Assembly: GCF_044704955.1 (NCBI RefSeq)
Contig: NC_091984.1
Location: 147,870,001 to 147,934,000 of the forward strand
Direction: 5' to 3'
DNA from: Pristiophorus japonicus
Taxonomy: Eukaryota
Length of the DNA stretch: 64,000 nucleotides
Positions 38,646 through 50,860 of the stretch are shown piece by piece (within the stretch, counting starts at the first letter, position 1; every line of letters begins with the position of its first letter). The translations under genes were made by a program, and so were the position numbers. The notes under the pieces were generated by a model. That model made no database searches, had not been told where the DNA came from, and saw nothing but the letters and a program-made list of their open reading frames with translations.

Positions 38646-38974
38646 CTACGCACATTCTGCTCTCCTGACCCCCTTGCTGAGGGGAGAGGAGAGGCTCTCG
38701 TGGGTGAGGCTGCAGGAGAAGCTGGCGTTGGACTCCCAGTCGGAGCCAGAGAGGGTCAGCAGGCTGCTGACACTGTAGGTGTTGTCCGAAGCTCGCAGGT
38801 AGTCGCTGGTCTGGACCCCGGCCGAAATGGTCGCCCCGTCCTTCTTCCACTCCACCTCCACCGCATCGGGGTAGAAGTGATCGGCGAGGCACACCAGGGT
38901 GGCAGTGCCCTTGGTCGTGACCTCCTCCGGGATGGGGGGCAGCAGGGTCAGCGTGGGTTGTGTCTTCCCTCGGC
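38646..38974 (-). CDS. IGKC: Immunoglobulin light-chain constant exon, kappa (shark type III / NS4-like)
   Basis: Acceptor CTTCTCCTCCCTTTCAG at 38975. Phase-1 open exon RGKTQPTLTLLPPIPEEVTTKGTATLVCLADHFYPDAVEVEWKKDG..YSVSSLLTLSGSDWESNASFSCSLTHESLSSPLSKGVRRAECA*, with both C1-set cysteines, the Trp and the terminal Cys. Confidence 0.95.
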
Positions 38975-39214
38975 CTGAAAGGGAGGAGAAGGATGTTTAA
39001 TAGGTGTATATTAGTGTGTATGTGTGTGTGTGTATGTGTCACTGTGGGTGTTTCCGTGTGGGGATAATTCACATCTGATAACGGAGAGTTGGGTTAATGA
39101 ACTCCTGGCTGGCGATTAACCATTCGAAGCGAGCAACACTAATTCTTAATCTTCTTTGCCTCGCTTAATAAGTTTAATATAAATATAAATGTGTTTGATG
39201 TTAAGGTTTTTAAA

Positions 39215-39680
39215 AAAAAAAATTTTCATTTATATTATGCCTTTCACAACCACCGGACATCTCAAAGCACTTTTCAGCCAATGAAGTACTTTTGGAGTGT
39301 CGTCACTGTTGTAATGTGGGAAACACGGCAGTCAATCTGCGCACAGCAAGCTCCCACAAACAGCGATGTGATAACGACCTGATAATCTGTTCTTTTGTCA
39401 TGTTGGTTGAGGGATAAATATTGACCAGGGCACCGGGGAGAACTCCCCTGCTCTTCTTCAAAATAGGGGCATTGGATCTTTTACATCTACCTGAGAGGGC
39501 AGACGAGGCCTCAGTTTAAAATTTCAAGTGAAAGACGGCACCTCCAACAGTGTTGCACTCCCTCAGCACTGCCCTGCAGTGTCAGCCTAGATTTTTGTGC
39601 TCAAGTGCCTGGTGTGGGACTTGAACCCACAACATTCTGAATCAGAGGCGAGAGTGCAACGCACTGAGCCACGGCTGATG
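39215..39680 (-). mobile_element. Full-length tRNA-derived SINE
   Basis: A-box GTGGCTCAGTGCG and B-box GGTTCAAGTCCC on the minus strand, with an L2-like 3' tail. Confidence 0.8.
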
Positions 39681-39912
39681 CTCAAAATCATATTGGGGTG
39701 AGGTCAAAGGTGAGGCTACAATTAGCCTAAGTGTACCGGGGTCAGGCAGGGTCACTGCTCTCAATATTCCCGTGACCTCCTGGAAGGTCAGAGTGCGCGG
39801 ACAATGGCCGAGGGTCAGGATCAGGGCCCTCCCACTTCAATGTAAGAAAGCCTTGAATTTATATAGCGCCTTTCACAACCTCAGGATGTCCCAAGGTGCT
39901 TTACAACCAATT

Positions 39913-42900
39913 GTACACAGGAAGATTTACGAGGATGTTGCCTGGACTGGAAAATTTTAGCGATGAGGAAAGATTGGATAGGCTGGGGTTGTTTTCTTTG
40001 GAATAGAGGAGTCTGAGGGGAGACCTTATTGAGCTGTATAATATTATGAGGGGCCGAGATAGGGTGGATAGGACGGACCTATTTCCTTAAGCAGATTGGC
40101 CAACAACCAGGACATAGATTTTAAAGTAATTGCTCGGAGGTTTAGAGGGGATTTGAGGGGAAATATCTTCACCCAGATGGGGTGGGGGTCTGGAACTCAC
40201 TGACTGAAAGGGTGGTAGAGGCAGAAACTCTCATCACTTTTAAAAATTACTTGGATGTACACTTGAAGTGCTGTAACCTACAGGGCTATGGACCAAGAGC
40301 TGAAAAGTGATTAGGCTGGATAGATCTTTGCCGGCCAGTGCAGACACGAATGGCCTCCTTTCATGCTGTAAATTTCTCTGATTCTATGAAGCTCCCAGAC
40401 TGCAATGAGATCATGACCAGATCATCGGCTTTAACTATGTTAGTTGTGGAATAAATATTGGCCAGGACACTGGGAAGAACCCCCATGCCCTTCCAATAAT
40501 GATTATGAGATCTTTCATGTTCACTTGAGAGGGCAGATGGGATTTCGGTTTAACATCTCATCTGAAAGACGGCACCTCTGACAGAGGGAGGATATGTTTG
40601 AAGGATCATCAAATGAGGCCATATGGTTTAAACTGATGAACAGAAAAGGGGCGATCACACTGCTGGGAGTGTACTATAGACCCCTAAACAGTCAGAGGGA
40701 GATAGAAGAGAAAATATGTTGGCAATTTGCTGAGAAGTGCAAAAACAATCGGGCAGCAATAGTCGGGGATTTCAACTCCCCTCACATTAACTGGGTTGGA
40801 ATCAGTGTCAAAGGTATAGAGGGTGCAGAATTCTTCAAATGCATTCAGGAGAACTTTTACAGCTAATACGTAGCAAGCCCAGCAAGGGAGGGGGCGGTTC
40901 TGGGCTTAGTTTTCGGGAATGAAGCTGGGCAGGTGGAAGGGAGATCAGTGAGAGAGCATTGTGGTGCTCGTGATCATAATTCTGTTAGATTTAGTGTAGT
41001 TATGGAAAAGGACAAAGGTAGAGCAGGAATAAAGGTTCTCAATTGGGGAAAGGCCAATTTTGCTAAGCTGAGAGGTGATTTAGCAAAAGTGGGCTGGAAA
41101 CAGCTACTTGAAGGTAAATCAGTGTCAGAGCAGTGGGAGGTATTCAAGGGGGAGATAGTGAGGGTTCAGAGCAAGTATGTTCCCACAAAGGAAAAGGGTG
41201 GCACTCCCAAATCTAGAGCCCCCTGGATGGCAAAGGGCATACAGGGTAGGATAAGGCAAAAAAGGGAAGCTTATGTCAGATACCCAGAGCTAAATACTGC
41301 AGAAAGCCCAGAGGTGTATAGAAAGTGCAGGGGTGAAATTAAAAAGGAAATTCGAAATGCAAAGAGAGGGCATGAAAAAATACTGGCAAGTAAAATCAAG
41401 GAATACTCAAAGATGTTTTATAAATACATAAAGAGCAAGAGGATAACTAAAGAAAGAGTTGGGCCTATTGGAGACCAAAAAGGTACCCTGTGTGTGGAGG
41501 CGGAAGACGGGGGAATGGTTCTTAATGAATATTTTGCATCTGTCTTCACAGAAGAGAGGGACGATGCAGACATTGCAATTAAGGAGGACAAGTGTGAAAT
41601 ATTAGATGAGATAAACATAGTGAGAGAAGAAGTATTAAGGAGCTTAGCATCTTTGATCGTAGAAAAATCACCAGGCCCAGATGAAATGTATCCCAGGCTT
41701 TTAAGAGAAGCAAGCGGGGATATAGCAGAGGCTCTGACCATCATTTTCCAATCTACTCTGGCTACAAGTGTGGTGCCGGAGGACTGGAGGACTGCTAACG
41801 TGTACCTTTGTTTGAAAAGTGAGAAAGGGATAGACCGAGTAATTACAGGCCAGTCAGCCGAACCTTGGTGGAAGGAAAATTATTGGAAACAATAATTGTC
41901 ATATAGAAAGGGACATATTAATCAAGGACAGTCAGCATGGATTTATTCAGGGAAGGTTGTGCCTGACTTACTTGATTTAATTTTTTGCGGAGATAACATG
42001 GAGAGTCGATGAGTTTTGCATCTTTGATGTCGTACACATGGACTTTTGCAAGGTTTTTGGTGAGGTCTCACATGGCAGAAAAGTAAAATGCCCAGGGATC
42101 CAAGGGAAAGTGGCAAGTTGGATCCAAAATTGGCTCAGTGGCAGGAAGCAAAGTGTAATGATCAACGGGTGTTTTTGTGAATGGAAGGCTGTTTCATGTG
42201 GGGTTTCAAGCCAGGTTTGCTGATAATACAAAGATGGGAGGAAAAGCAATGTGTGATGAGGATACAAAAAACCTGCAAAAAGACATTGACAGGCAAAGTG
42301 AGTGGGCAAAAATTTGGCAGATCGAGTATAATGTTGGAAAGTGTGAGGTTATGCACATTGGCAGAAAAAAATCAAAGAGCAAGTTATTATTCTAATGGAG
42401 AAAAATTGCAAAGTGCTGTCGTACAGCGGGACCTGTGGGTACTTGTGCATAAAACACAAAAGGATAGTATGCAGGTACAGCAAGTGATCAGGAAGGCCAA
42501 TGGAATCTTGGCCATTATTGCAATGGGATGGAGTATAAAAGCAGGGAAGTCTTGTTACAGTTATACAGGGTATTGGTGAGGCCATAGCTGGAATACTGCG
42601 TGCAGTTTTGGCTTCAATATTTAAGAAAGGATAGACTTGCTTTGGAGGCAGTTCAGAGAAGGTTCACTAGGTTGATTCCAGAGATGAGGGGGGTTGTCTT
42701 TTGAAGAAAAGTTGAGTAGGTTAGGCCTCGACTCATTGGAATTCAGAAGAATGAGAGGTGATCTTATCGAAACATGTAAGATTATGAGGAGCCATGCAAG
42801 GTGGATGCAGAGAGGATGTTTCCACTGATAAGGGAGACTAGAACTAGGGAGCTTAACCTTAGAATAAGTGGACGCCCATTTAAAACTGAGATGAGGAGGA

Positions 42901-44835
42901 ATTTCTTCTCTCAGAATCTTTAATCTCTAATTATTCTCTAATCTCTGGATTACTCCCGGTGCCATGAGCTAGTGAATACAGAAATAGGAGGATAGAGCAG
43001 ATGAATGCATGGCTGGAGAGATGGTGCAGGCAGGATGCTTTAGTTTCCTGAGGCATTGGGACCTGTACAAGCCGACTGGGTTGCTCCTCAACAGAGCCGG
43101 GACCAATAGCCACGAGTGGGGCATTTGCTCGTGCTGTTGGGGAGGGTTTAAACTAGCTTGGCAGGGGGATGGGAACCTGAGAATAGATTCAGTCGGGAGG
43201 GGAGTAAAGCTGGAATTAGAAAGCAAAAATAAGGAAAGTGAGTTTGAAGGAGAGAGGAAACAAGCAGATAAAAAGGATAAAAAAACAAATTTAAAGGCTC
43301 TTTGCCGAAATAACAAAATAGCTGAGTTGATGGCACAAATAGATACAAATAAATATCATCTGATAGCTATTGCAGAGACGTGGTTGCAAGGTGACCAGGA
43401 CTGAGAACTAAATACTCAGGGGTGCTTGACAATCTGGAAAGGACAGACAGAAAGGTAAAGTAGGTGGGGTAGCTCTGTTGACAAAGGATGGAATTACTGC
43501 AATCGTGAGAAATTATATTGGCTCAAATGATCAGGATGTTGAAACTGTTTGGGAGGAGATAAGGAATAATAAGGGGAAAAAGTTACTGGTGGGCATAGTC
43601 TATAGGTCCCCTAACAGTAGCAACTCTGTTGGTCGGAGAATAAACCAAGAAATAGTGGGGGCTTGTAAAAATGGAACAGCAATAATTATGGGTGATTTTA
43701 ACCTCCACATTGATTGGAGAAATCAAATTGGTCAGGGTAGTCTTGAGGAAGAGTTGATAGAGTGCATAAGGGACGGGTTCCTTGAGCAGTATGTAATGGA
43801 ACCAACCAGGGGGCAAGCTATCTTAGATCTGGTCCTGTATAATGAGACAGGATTAATAAACAATCTCCCAGTAAAGGATCCCTTTGGACTGAGTGATGAT
43901 AACATGGTTCAATTTTAAATTCAGATGGAGGGTGAGAAAGATGGATCTCTAACCAGTGGACTAAGCTGAAATAAAGGAGACTACAAAGGTATGAGTGCAG
44001 AGTTGACTAAAATGGACTGGGAAAATAGATTAAAGTGGAGGACGGCTGATGAACAGTGACGTACATATGAAGGAGATATTTCACAACTCTCAAGAAAAAT
44101 ATATTCCAGTGAGGAGGAAAGGGTGCAAAAGAAAAGATAGCCATCCGTGGCTAACTGAAGAAATAAAGGACGGTATCCAATTAAAAACAAGGGCATACAA
44201 AGTGGCCAAAACTAGTGGAAGGACAGAAGATTGGGAAGCTTTTAAAAGCCAACAAAGAATGACTAAAAAAATGATTAAGAAAGGGAAGATAGACGATGAA
44301 AGTAAACGAGCACAAAATATAAAAACAGATAGCAAGAGTTTCTATCAGTATATAAAAAGGAAAAGAGTGGCTAAAGATGGTCCCTGAGAGGACAAAACCA
44401 GGGAATTAGTGATGAGGAACATGGAGATGGCAGAAACTCTGAACAAAGGTTTTGTATCAGTCATTACGGTAGAGGACACTGAGATGAGGAGGAATTTCTT
44501 CTCTCAGAGGTTTGTAAATCTGTGGAATTTGCTGCCTCAGAGAGCTGTGGAGGCTGGGTCATTGAATATATTTAAGTCAGAGATAGACAGTTTCATAACC
44601 GATAAGGGAATAAGGGGTTATGGGGAGCGGGCAGGGAAGTTGACCTGAGTCCATGATCGGATTGGCCATGATCGTATTAAATGGCAGAGCAGGCTCGAGG
44701 GGCTGTGTGGCCTACTCCCGCTCCTATTTCGTATGTTCTTAAAGTGAGGAGGAGTGGGACTAATTGGGTAAATCTTTCAAAGAGCCGGCACAGGCACGAT
44801 GGGCCGAATGGCCTCCTTCTGTGCTGTAAGATTCT
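39913..44835 (+). mobile_element. Stack of CR1 fragments (3' end, endonuclease/RT pieces, ORF1 esterase fragment at ~42940-43180)
   Basis: GVYYRP, VGDFN, KSPGPD, RNRRIEQMNAWLERWC and multiple CR1 3' tails. Confidence 0.85.
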
Positions 44836-44868
44836 AGGCTGTCAGCGCGGTTCACAGTTTTCTCCCGC

Positions 44869-45009
44869 GTCATTAACAAACGTACAGCTGTGACAACCTC
44901 CCTCTTTCACTTCCTCTGTGGGTGAAGTTTCATTCTTCCGATCTGACAGTCTCTTCAGTTATTTTTTGCACGGGGGATTTCTGCTGTGGTCTGAGTCTCT
45001 AATAATAAC
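44869..45009. promoter_or_regulatory. Candidate B-cell enhancer core, copy A
   Basis: E-box CAGCTG 44885. Ets-IRF composite GGAAGTGAAA (minus) 44905-44914. kB-like GGGGGATTTC 44972. Runx TGTGGT 44985. 141 bp identical to inverted copy B. Confidence 0.55.
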
Positions 45010-45309
45010 TGTCCAATAAGACAGAATAACAGCAGCTCGGACCAGCTAGGACAGCGGACCCAGGCTCAGTGCTGACCCTGCAACGTCCTCCTCACCAACA
45101 TCTGGGGACTTGTGCCAAAAGTGGGAGAGCTGCCCCACAGACTAGTCAAGCACCAGTTTGACATAGTCCTACTCACAGAATCATACCTTTCAGCCAATGT
45201 CCTACTGCACCCCCACCCCCGACCTTCCTGCCCCCAAAATCCGTGAATCCTTAAACAGGAACCCTTTTGAAGAACAGTTTGTATTGAAGTTTTGGGTGTG
45301 AAAGAGTCT

Positions 45310-48300
45310 GTGCTGAGAAAACAATCACTATCACGAGAGAAAAAGTTACTCGGTAAAATAATGGAACTAAAGGTGGACAAGTCCCCTGTACCTCATGGCC
45401 TGCATCCTAGGCTCTTAAATGAAGTGGCTGCAGAGATAGTGGATGCATTGGTTGAAATGCATCAGAGGGTCTAGTGAGGAGGAGGAACTGAAGGATATCC
45501 TTATTAGGCGGGAAATTGTGTGAGGGAAACTGATAGTCTGCAGCCCAGAGTACTTAAGGATGTGGCCCGAGAAATAGCGAATGCATTTGTGATAATTTTC
45601 CAACAGTCTACTGACTCTGGATCAGTTCCTTTGGACTGGAGGGTAGCTAATGTAACACCACTTTTTAAAAAGGGAGGGAGAGAGAAAGTGGATAATTATG
45701 GACCGGTTAGCCTGACATCAGTAGTGGGGAAAATGTTGGAATCAATTATTAAAGATGAAATAGCAGCGCAATTGGAAAGCAGTGACAGGATCGGTCCAAG
45801 TCAGCATGGATTTATAAAGGGGAAATCATGCTTGACAAATCTTCTGGAATTTTTTGAGGATGTAACTGGGAGAGTGGACAAGGGAGAACCAGTGGATGTG
45901 GTGTATTTGGACTTTCAAAAGGCTTTTGACTAGATCCCACACAGGAAATTGGTGTGCAAAATCAAAGCACTTGGTATTGAGGGTAATATACTGACGTGGA
46001 TAGAGAACTGGTTGGCAGACAGGAAGCAGAGAGACGGGATAAATGGGTCCTTTTCATAATGGCAGGCAGTGACTAGTGGAGTGTCGCAAGGCTCAGTGTT
46101 GGGACCCCAGCTCTTTACAATATACATCAATGATTTGGATGAAGGAATTGAGTGTAATATCTCCAAGTTTGCAGATGACACTAAACTGGGTGGCAGTGTG
46201 AGCTGTGAAAGGGACGCTAGGAGGCTGCAGGGTGAATTGGACAGGTTAGGTGAGTGGGCAAATGCATGGCAGATGCAGTATAATGTGGATAAACGTGAGG
46301 TTATCCACTTTGGGGGTAAAAACGCGAAGACATGGTGGCAGATTAGAAAAAGGGGAGGTGCAACGAGACCTGGGTGTCATGGTTCATCAGTCATTGAAAG
46401 TTGGCATACAGGTACAGCAGGCGGTGAGGAAGGCAAATGGTATGTTGGCCTTCATTGCTAGGCAATTTGAGTATAGGAGCAGGGAGGCCTTACTGCAGTT
46501 GTACACGGCTTTATTGAGGCCTCACCTGGAATATTGTGTTCAGTTTTAGTCTCCTAATCTGAGGAAGGACGTTCTTGCTATTGAGGGAGTGCAGCGAAGG
46601 TTCATCAGACTGATTCCCGGGATGGCTGGACTGACATATGAGGAGAGACCGGATCAACTGGGCCTGTATTCACTGGAGTTTAGAAGGATGAGATGGGATC
46701 TCATAGAAACATATAAAATTCTGACGAGACTGGACAGGTTAGATGTGGATAGAATGTTCCCGATGTTGGGGAAGTCCAGAACCAGGGGACACAGTATTAG
46801 GATAAGGGATAGGCCATTTAGGACTGCGATGAGGAGAAACTTCTTTACTCAGAGAGTTGTTAACCTGTGGAATTCCCTGCCGCAGAGGTTTGTTGATGCC
46901 AGTTCATTAGGTATATTCAAGAGGGAGTTAGATATGGCCCTTACTGCTAAGGGGATCAAGGGATATGGAGAGAAAGCAGGAAAGGGGTACTAAGGGAATG
47001 ATCAGCCATGATCTTATTGAATGGTGATGCAGGCTCGAAGAGCCGAATGGCCTACTCCTGCACCTATTTTCTATGTTTCTATGTAAATCTACCAAAGTTC
47101 CCTGGATTCTGGAGATGTCCCAGCAGATTGGAAAACCGCAAATATAACGACCCTATTTAAAAAAGGAAGGAGACAGAAAACAGTAAACTATAGACCAGTT
47201 AGCCTAACATCTGTCGTTGGGAAAATGCTGGTGTCCATTATTAAGAAAGCTGTAATATGACATTTGGAAAAGCATAATTCAGTCAAGCAGAGTCAGCATG
47301 GACTTATGAAAAGGAAATCATGTTTGACACATTTGCTGGAGTTCTTTGAGGAAGTAATGTGCAGGGTGGATATGGGGGAACAAGTGGATGCGGTGTATTT
47401 GGATTTCCAGAAGGGATTCAATAAGTTGCCACATAAAAGATTACCGCACACGATAAGAGAAAATGGGGTTGGTGCTTATATATTAGCATGGTTAGAGGAT
47501 TGGCCAACGAACAGAAAACAGAGAGTCAAGATAAATGGGTCATTTTCTGGTCGGCAACCAGTAACTAGTGGGGTTTCACAGGGATCGGTGTTGGGGCCTC
47601 ACCTATTTACAATCTATATTAATAACTTGGATGAACGGACTGAGTGTAAAAAATCGAAGAGCAAATTATTATTTAAATGGAGAAAGATTACAAAATGCTG
47701 TAGTACAGAGGGACCTGGGGGCCCTTGTGTATGAGACACAAAAAGTTAGTATGCAGATACAGCAAGTAATCAGGAAGCAAATGGAATGTTGGCCTTAATT
47801 GCAAGGGGGATGGAGTATAAAAGCAGGGAAGTCCTGCTACATCTGTCCAGGGTATTGGTGAGACCGAGAGTACTGTGTACAGTTTTGGTCTCCTTATGTA
47901 AGGAGGGATATATTTGCACTGAAGGCAGTTCAGAGAAGGTACACGAGGTTGATTCCTGAGATGAAGGGGCTGACTTATGAAGAAAGGTTGAGCAGGTTAA
48001 TCTGAACATAAGAAATAGGAACAGGAGTAGGACATACGGCCCCTCCGCCATTCAATAAGATCATGCCTGATCTGATCATGGACTCAGCTCCACTTCCACG
48101 CCCGCTCCACATATTCTTGTAAACTCCAAAGAGTATGAGAGGTGAACTTATTGAAACATATAAGATTCTGAGGGGACTCGACAAGATGGATGCAGTGAGG
48201 ATGTTTCCACTCATAGGGGAACCTAGAACGAGTGGGCAGAGTTTAAGTGTAAGGGGTCGGTCATTTGGAACTGAGATGAGGAGGAATTTCTTCTCTCAGA

Positions 48301-48535
48301 GGGTTGTAAATCTGTGCAATTCTCTGCCCCAGAGAGCTGTGGAGGCTGGGTCATTGAATATATTGAAGGTGGCGATAGACGGATTTTTGAACGATAAGGC
48401 AGTAAAGGGTTTTGGGTAGCAGGTAGGGAAGTGGAGCTGAGCCCAGGATCAGATCAGCCATGATCTTATTGATTGGCAGAGCAGGCTCGAGGAGCCAAAT
48501 GGCCTAGTCCTGCTCCTATTTCTTATGTTCTTATG
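45310..48535 (+). mobile_element. Nested CR1 RT fragments with 3' tails
   Basis: ORFs 45520-46993, 47264-47798 and 48135-48419 carry CR1 RT motifs. Tails at ~47083 and ~48535. Confidence 0.88.
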
Positions 48536-49021
48536 ATTCTTTGGCCTAGAATTTCCCCGGTCTAGCACCAGCCAATAAGAGGGTTTTGTTCAAATAATCG
48601 CAGCCGCCTTGCTTGCGGCCCGGGACACGTCATCCACCATTTTGGTAAGAGCCTTACCGCTGTCGTTGGCAGCACTCGCCTCACAATGAGGATTGTCAGA
48701 TGGTGACACCAATGCCTGGCTCGAGCCATGACTGTTAATTGGGGCATTTGCGCTCACCATATGGCCCGGCCCGAAGCACACACAGAAAAGCAGGCGTGAA
48801 GCAGCCCTGCACAGATGCTGTTGGTGCTACTTAACGGGGCACACATCTTTCAGGTATGTTGGCATTTAAGCTCTGGACTGTTTTAAACAATATATTTTAT
48901 GGAAGTAGTAGCTTGGTGCAAGAAATGTTAAATATTTTCTCAGTGTGCAGGGAATGCAAGGGGTGCTGCTGGACGTGTTCAAGGCCTTGGGTGGTAAAGA
49001 AAGGTCCCTGGAAAGACCGGG

Positions 49022-49123
49022 AATGCTGGAAATACTCAGCAGGTCAGGCAGCATCCATGGAGAGAGACAGAATTAACATTTCAGCTCAAGCTGCTGTCTG
49101 ACCTGCTGAGTATTTCCAGCATT
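49022..49123. repeat. Short hairpin (MITE-like) element
   Basis: AATGCTGGAAATACTCAGCAGGTCAGGCAGCA ... TGCTGTCTGACCTGCTGAGTATTTCCAGCATT, a ~32-bp inverted repeat. Confidence 0.75.
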
Positions 49124-49719
49124 TACTGTCTTTATTTCAGATTTCCAGCTTCTGCTCGCAAAGGGAGGAGGAGGAAGTGGAAGGAAGGAGGCAACCCAGA
49201 CAGCCACTTTCTGGCCGGGATATCCGGGATCGAATCATCCGCCTGTGGTCCCAGTGACCACATCTCCAATCCCTTTTCAACATTAGTCCCATACCTTACC
49301 GTCTCTCTGTTACTGACCATCACAGCGTCCTCTTGGCCACAGTGCTGAAATAAAATCGTGAATCTTCGGAAATCTCTATTCCAGAGAGCTGTGGAGGCTG
49401 GGTCATTGAATATATTTAAGATGGAGATAGTCAGATTCTTGAACTACGGGGAGTCACGGGTTGTGGGGAACAGGTGGGGAAGTGGAGTTGAGGCCAAGAT
49501 CAGATCAGCCATTACCTTATTGAATGGTGGACCAGCTCGAGAGGCCGTACGGCCCACTCCTGTTCCTTTTCCTTATATTCTTGTGTACGAGTCCTGATTG
49601 CTAGAGTTTGTTGGTAGGTGGGTGATGGGGCGTGGTGCATTGAGCAGCGTGTGAGGCTAGTGGTGCTGTTGGTGGGACACGGACTTTGAAGATGAATTCT
49701 CTGACCTTGACCACTCCGT

Positions 49720-50860
49720 TAGGTCATTGAACATTTGGTGGCACTGCATCCAGGTCCTCAGGTCCTGGTCTCACTGCCTTTGAAACGTTTGTCTGGTGCA
49801 GCCTCCTCGCTCCCTTGGATAGAGAACATCTCTACCCCCTCTGCACCTCCTCGCTTGGTGGCAACACTGTTTCAGACCCTGATGAGTTCCTGGTAAAAGA
49901 CATGCAGCCCCGCATGGTGCTCCTGATGCCCCTCGGCTCACAAACAGGAGCTGCGTGTCATAATTGAGACAGTACTGCTGACGGAAGAAATATGTCATCA
50001 GCACACACCATCTAGGAAGGGGCTCGACGTACAAGTATCTCTGCAGGATTTGAAGACGGAAAGTCGCATGCTGGGTACTGACGCACACCAACGCCTGACC
50101 GCCCTCCCTAAGTAGGAGACTCAGAACCACAGCAGAGACCCAGTGCTTCCTGTTATCCAGAAGAAGTCCACCAGCTTCTTCTGTATCTTGGCGACAAAAG
50201 CAGGGCGGGGGAGGGGGGGGGGTGTAAAGTGACCAGCCAGTACTACAGCATAGCGGCCACTAGCTGGTTTATGACTAGCGCTCGACCCCTGTAGGACAGC
50301 ACTTGGAACAGTCCTGTCCAGCGCCCTCGGCGGGCGGCAACTTTGTCCTCCAGCTCCTGCCAGTTCACCGGCCAGGCTTCCTCATCAGGGCTAAGGTAGA
50401 CTCCCACATAGAGGAGATGGGTCATGCTCCAGGCAAAAGACCTGAACTCCTCTGGCAGGGAGTTCATCTGCCAGTGACCGACCAGGAGTCCGGAACATTT
50501 CTCCCAATTGATCTTGGCGGAGGATGCGGCCGAGTAAATCTCCTGGCACTCATGCATCCTCAGTAGGTCAATGGGATCCTTGACCATGAGGAGCACATCA
50601 TCAGTGTAAGCCGAGAGGACAACCTCCATGCCCGGCCATTACAGAGCCAGTCCCGTCAACCTCTTCCGCAAGAGGCGCAGGAAAGGCTCCACGCAGATGG
50701 CATATAACTGGCCAGACATTGGGCATCCCTGGCACACCCCTTTCCCAAAGCGAAGGGACGCCGTCAAAGACCCGTTAACCGTAATCAGACAATCCATGGG
50801 GGCATAGAAAAGTCAAATCCGGGCGACGAAATGTGTCCCAAACCCGAAAGCATGCAGAGC
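49720..50860 (-). mobile_element. Tx1-clade (L1 group) LINE RT fragment
   Basis: GVCQGCPMSGQLY, LSAYTDDV, AKINWEKCSGL, LSYRGRALVINQL. Confidence 0.8.

Noticed and set aside
49300-49344. J segment (CACTGTG + 38 nt + GTAAG on the minus strand)
   Set aside because: No FGxG motif, a stop in the J-compatible frame, and no nonamer at 23 bp.
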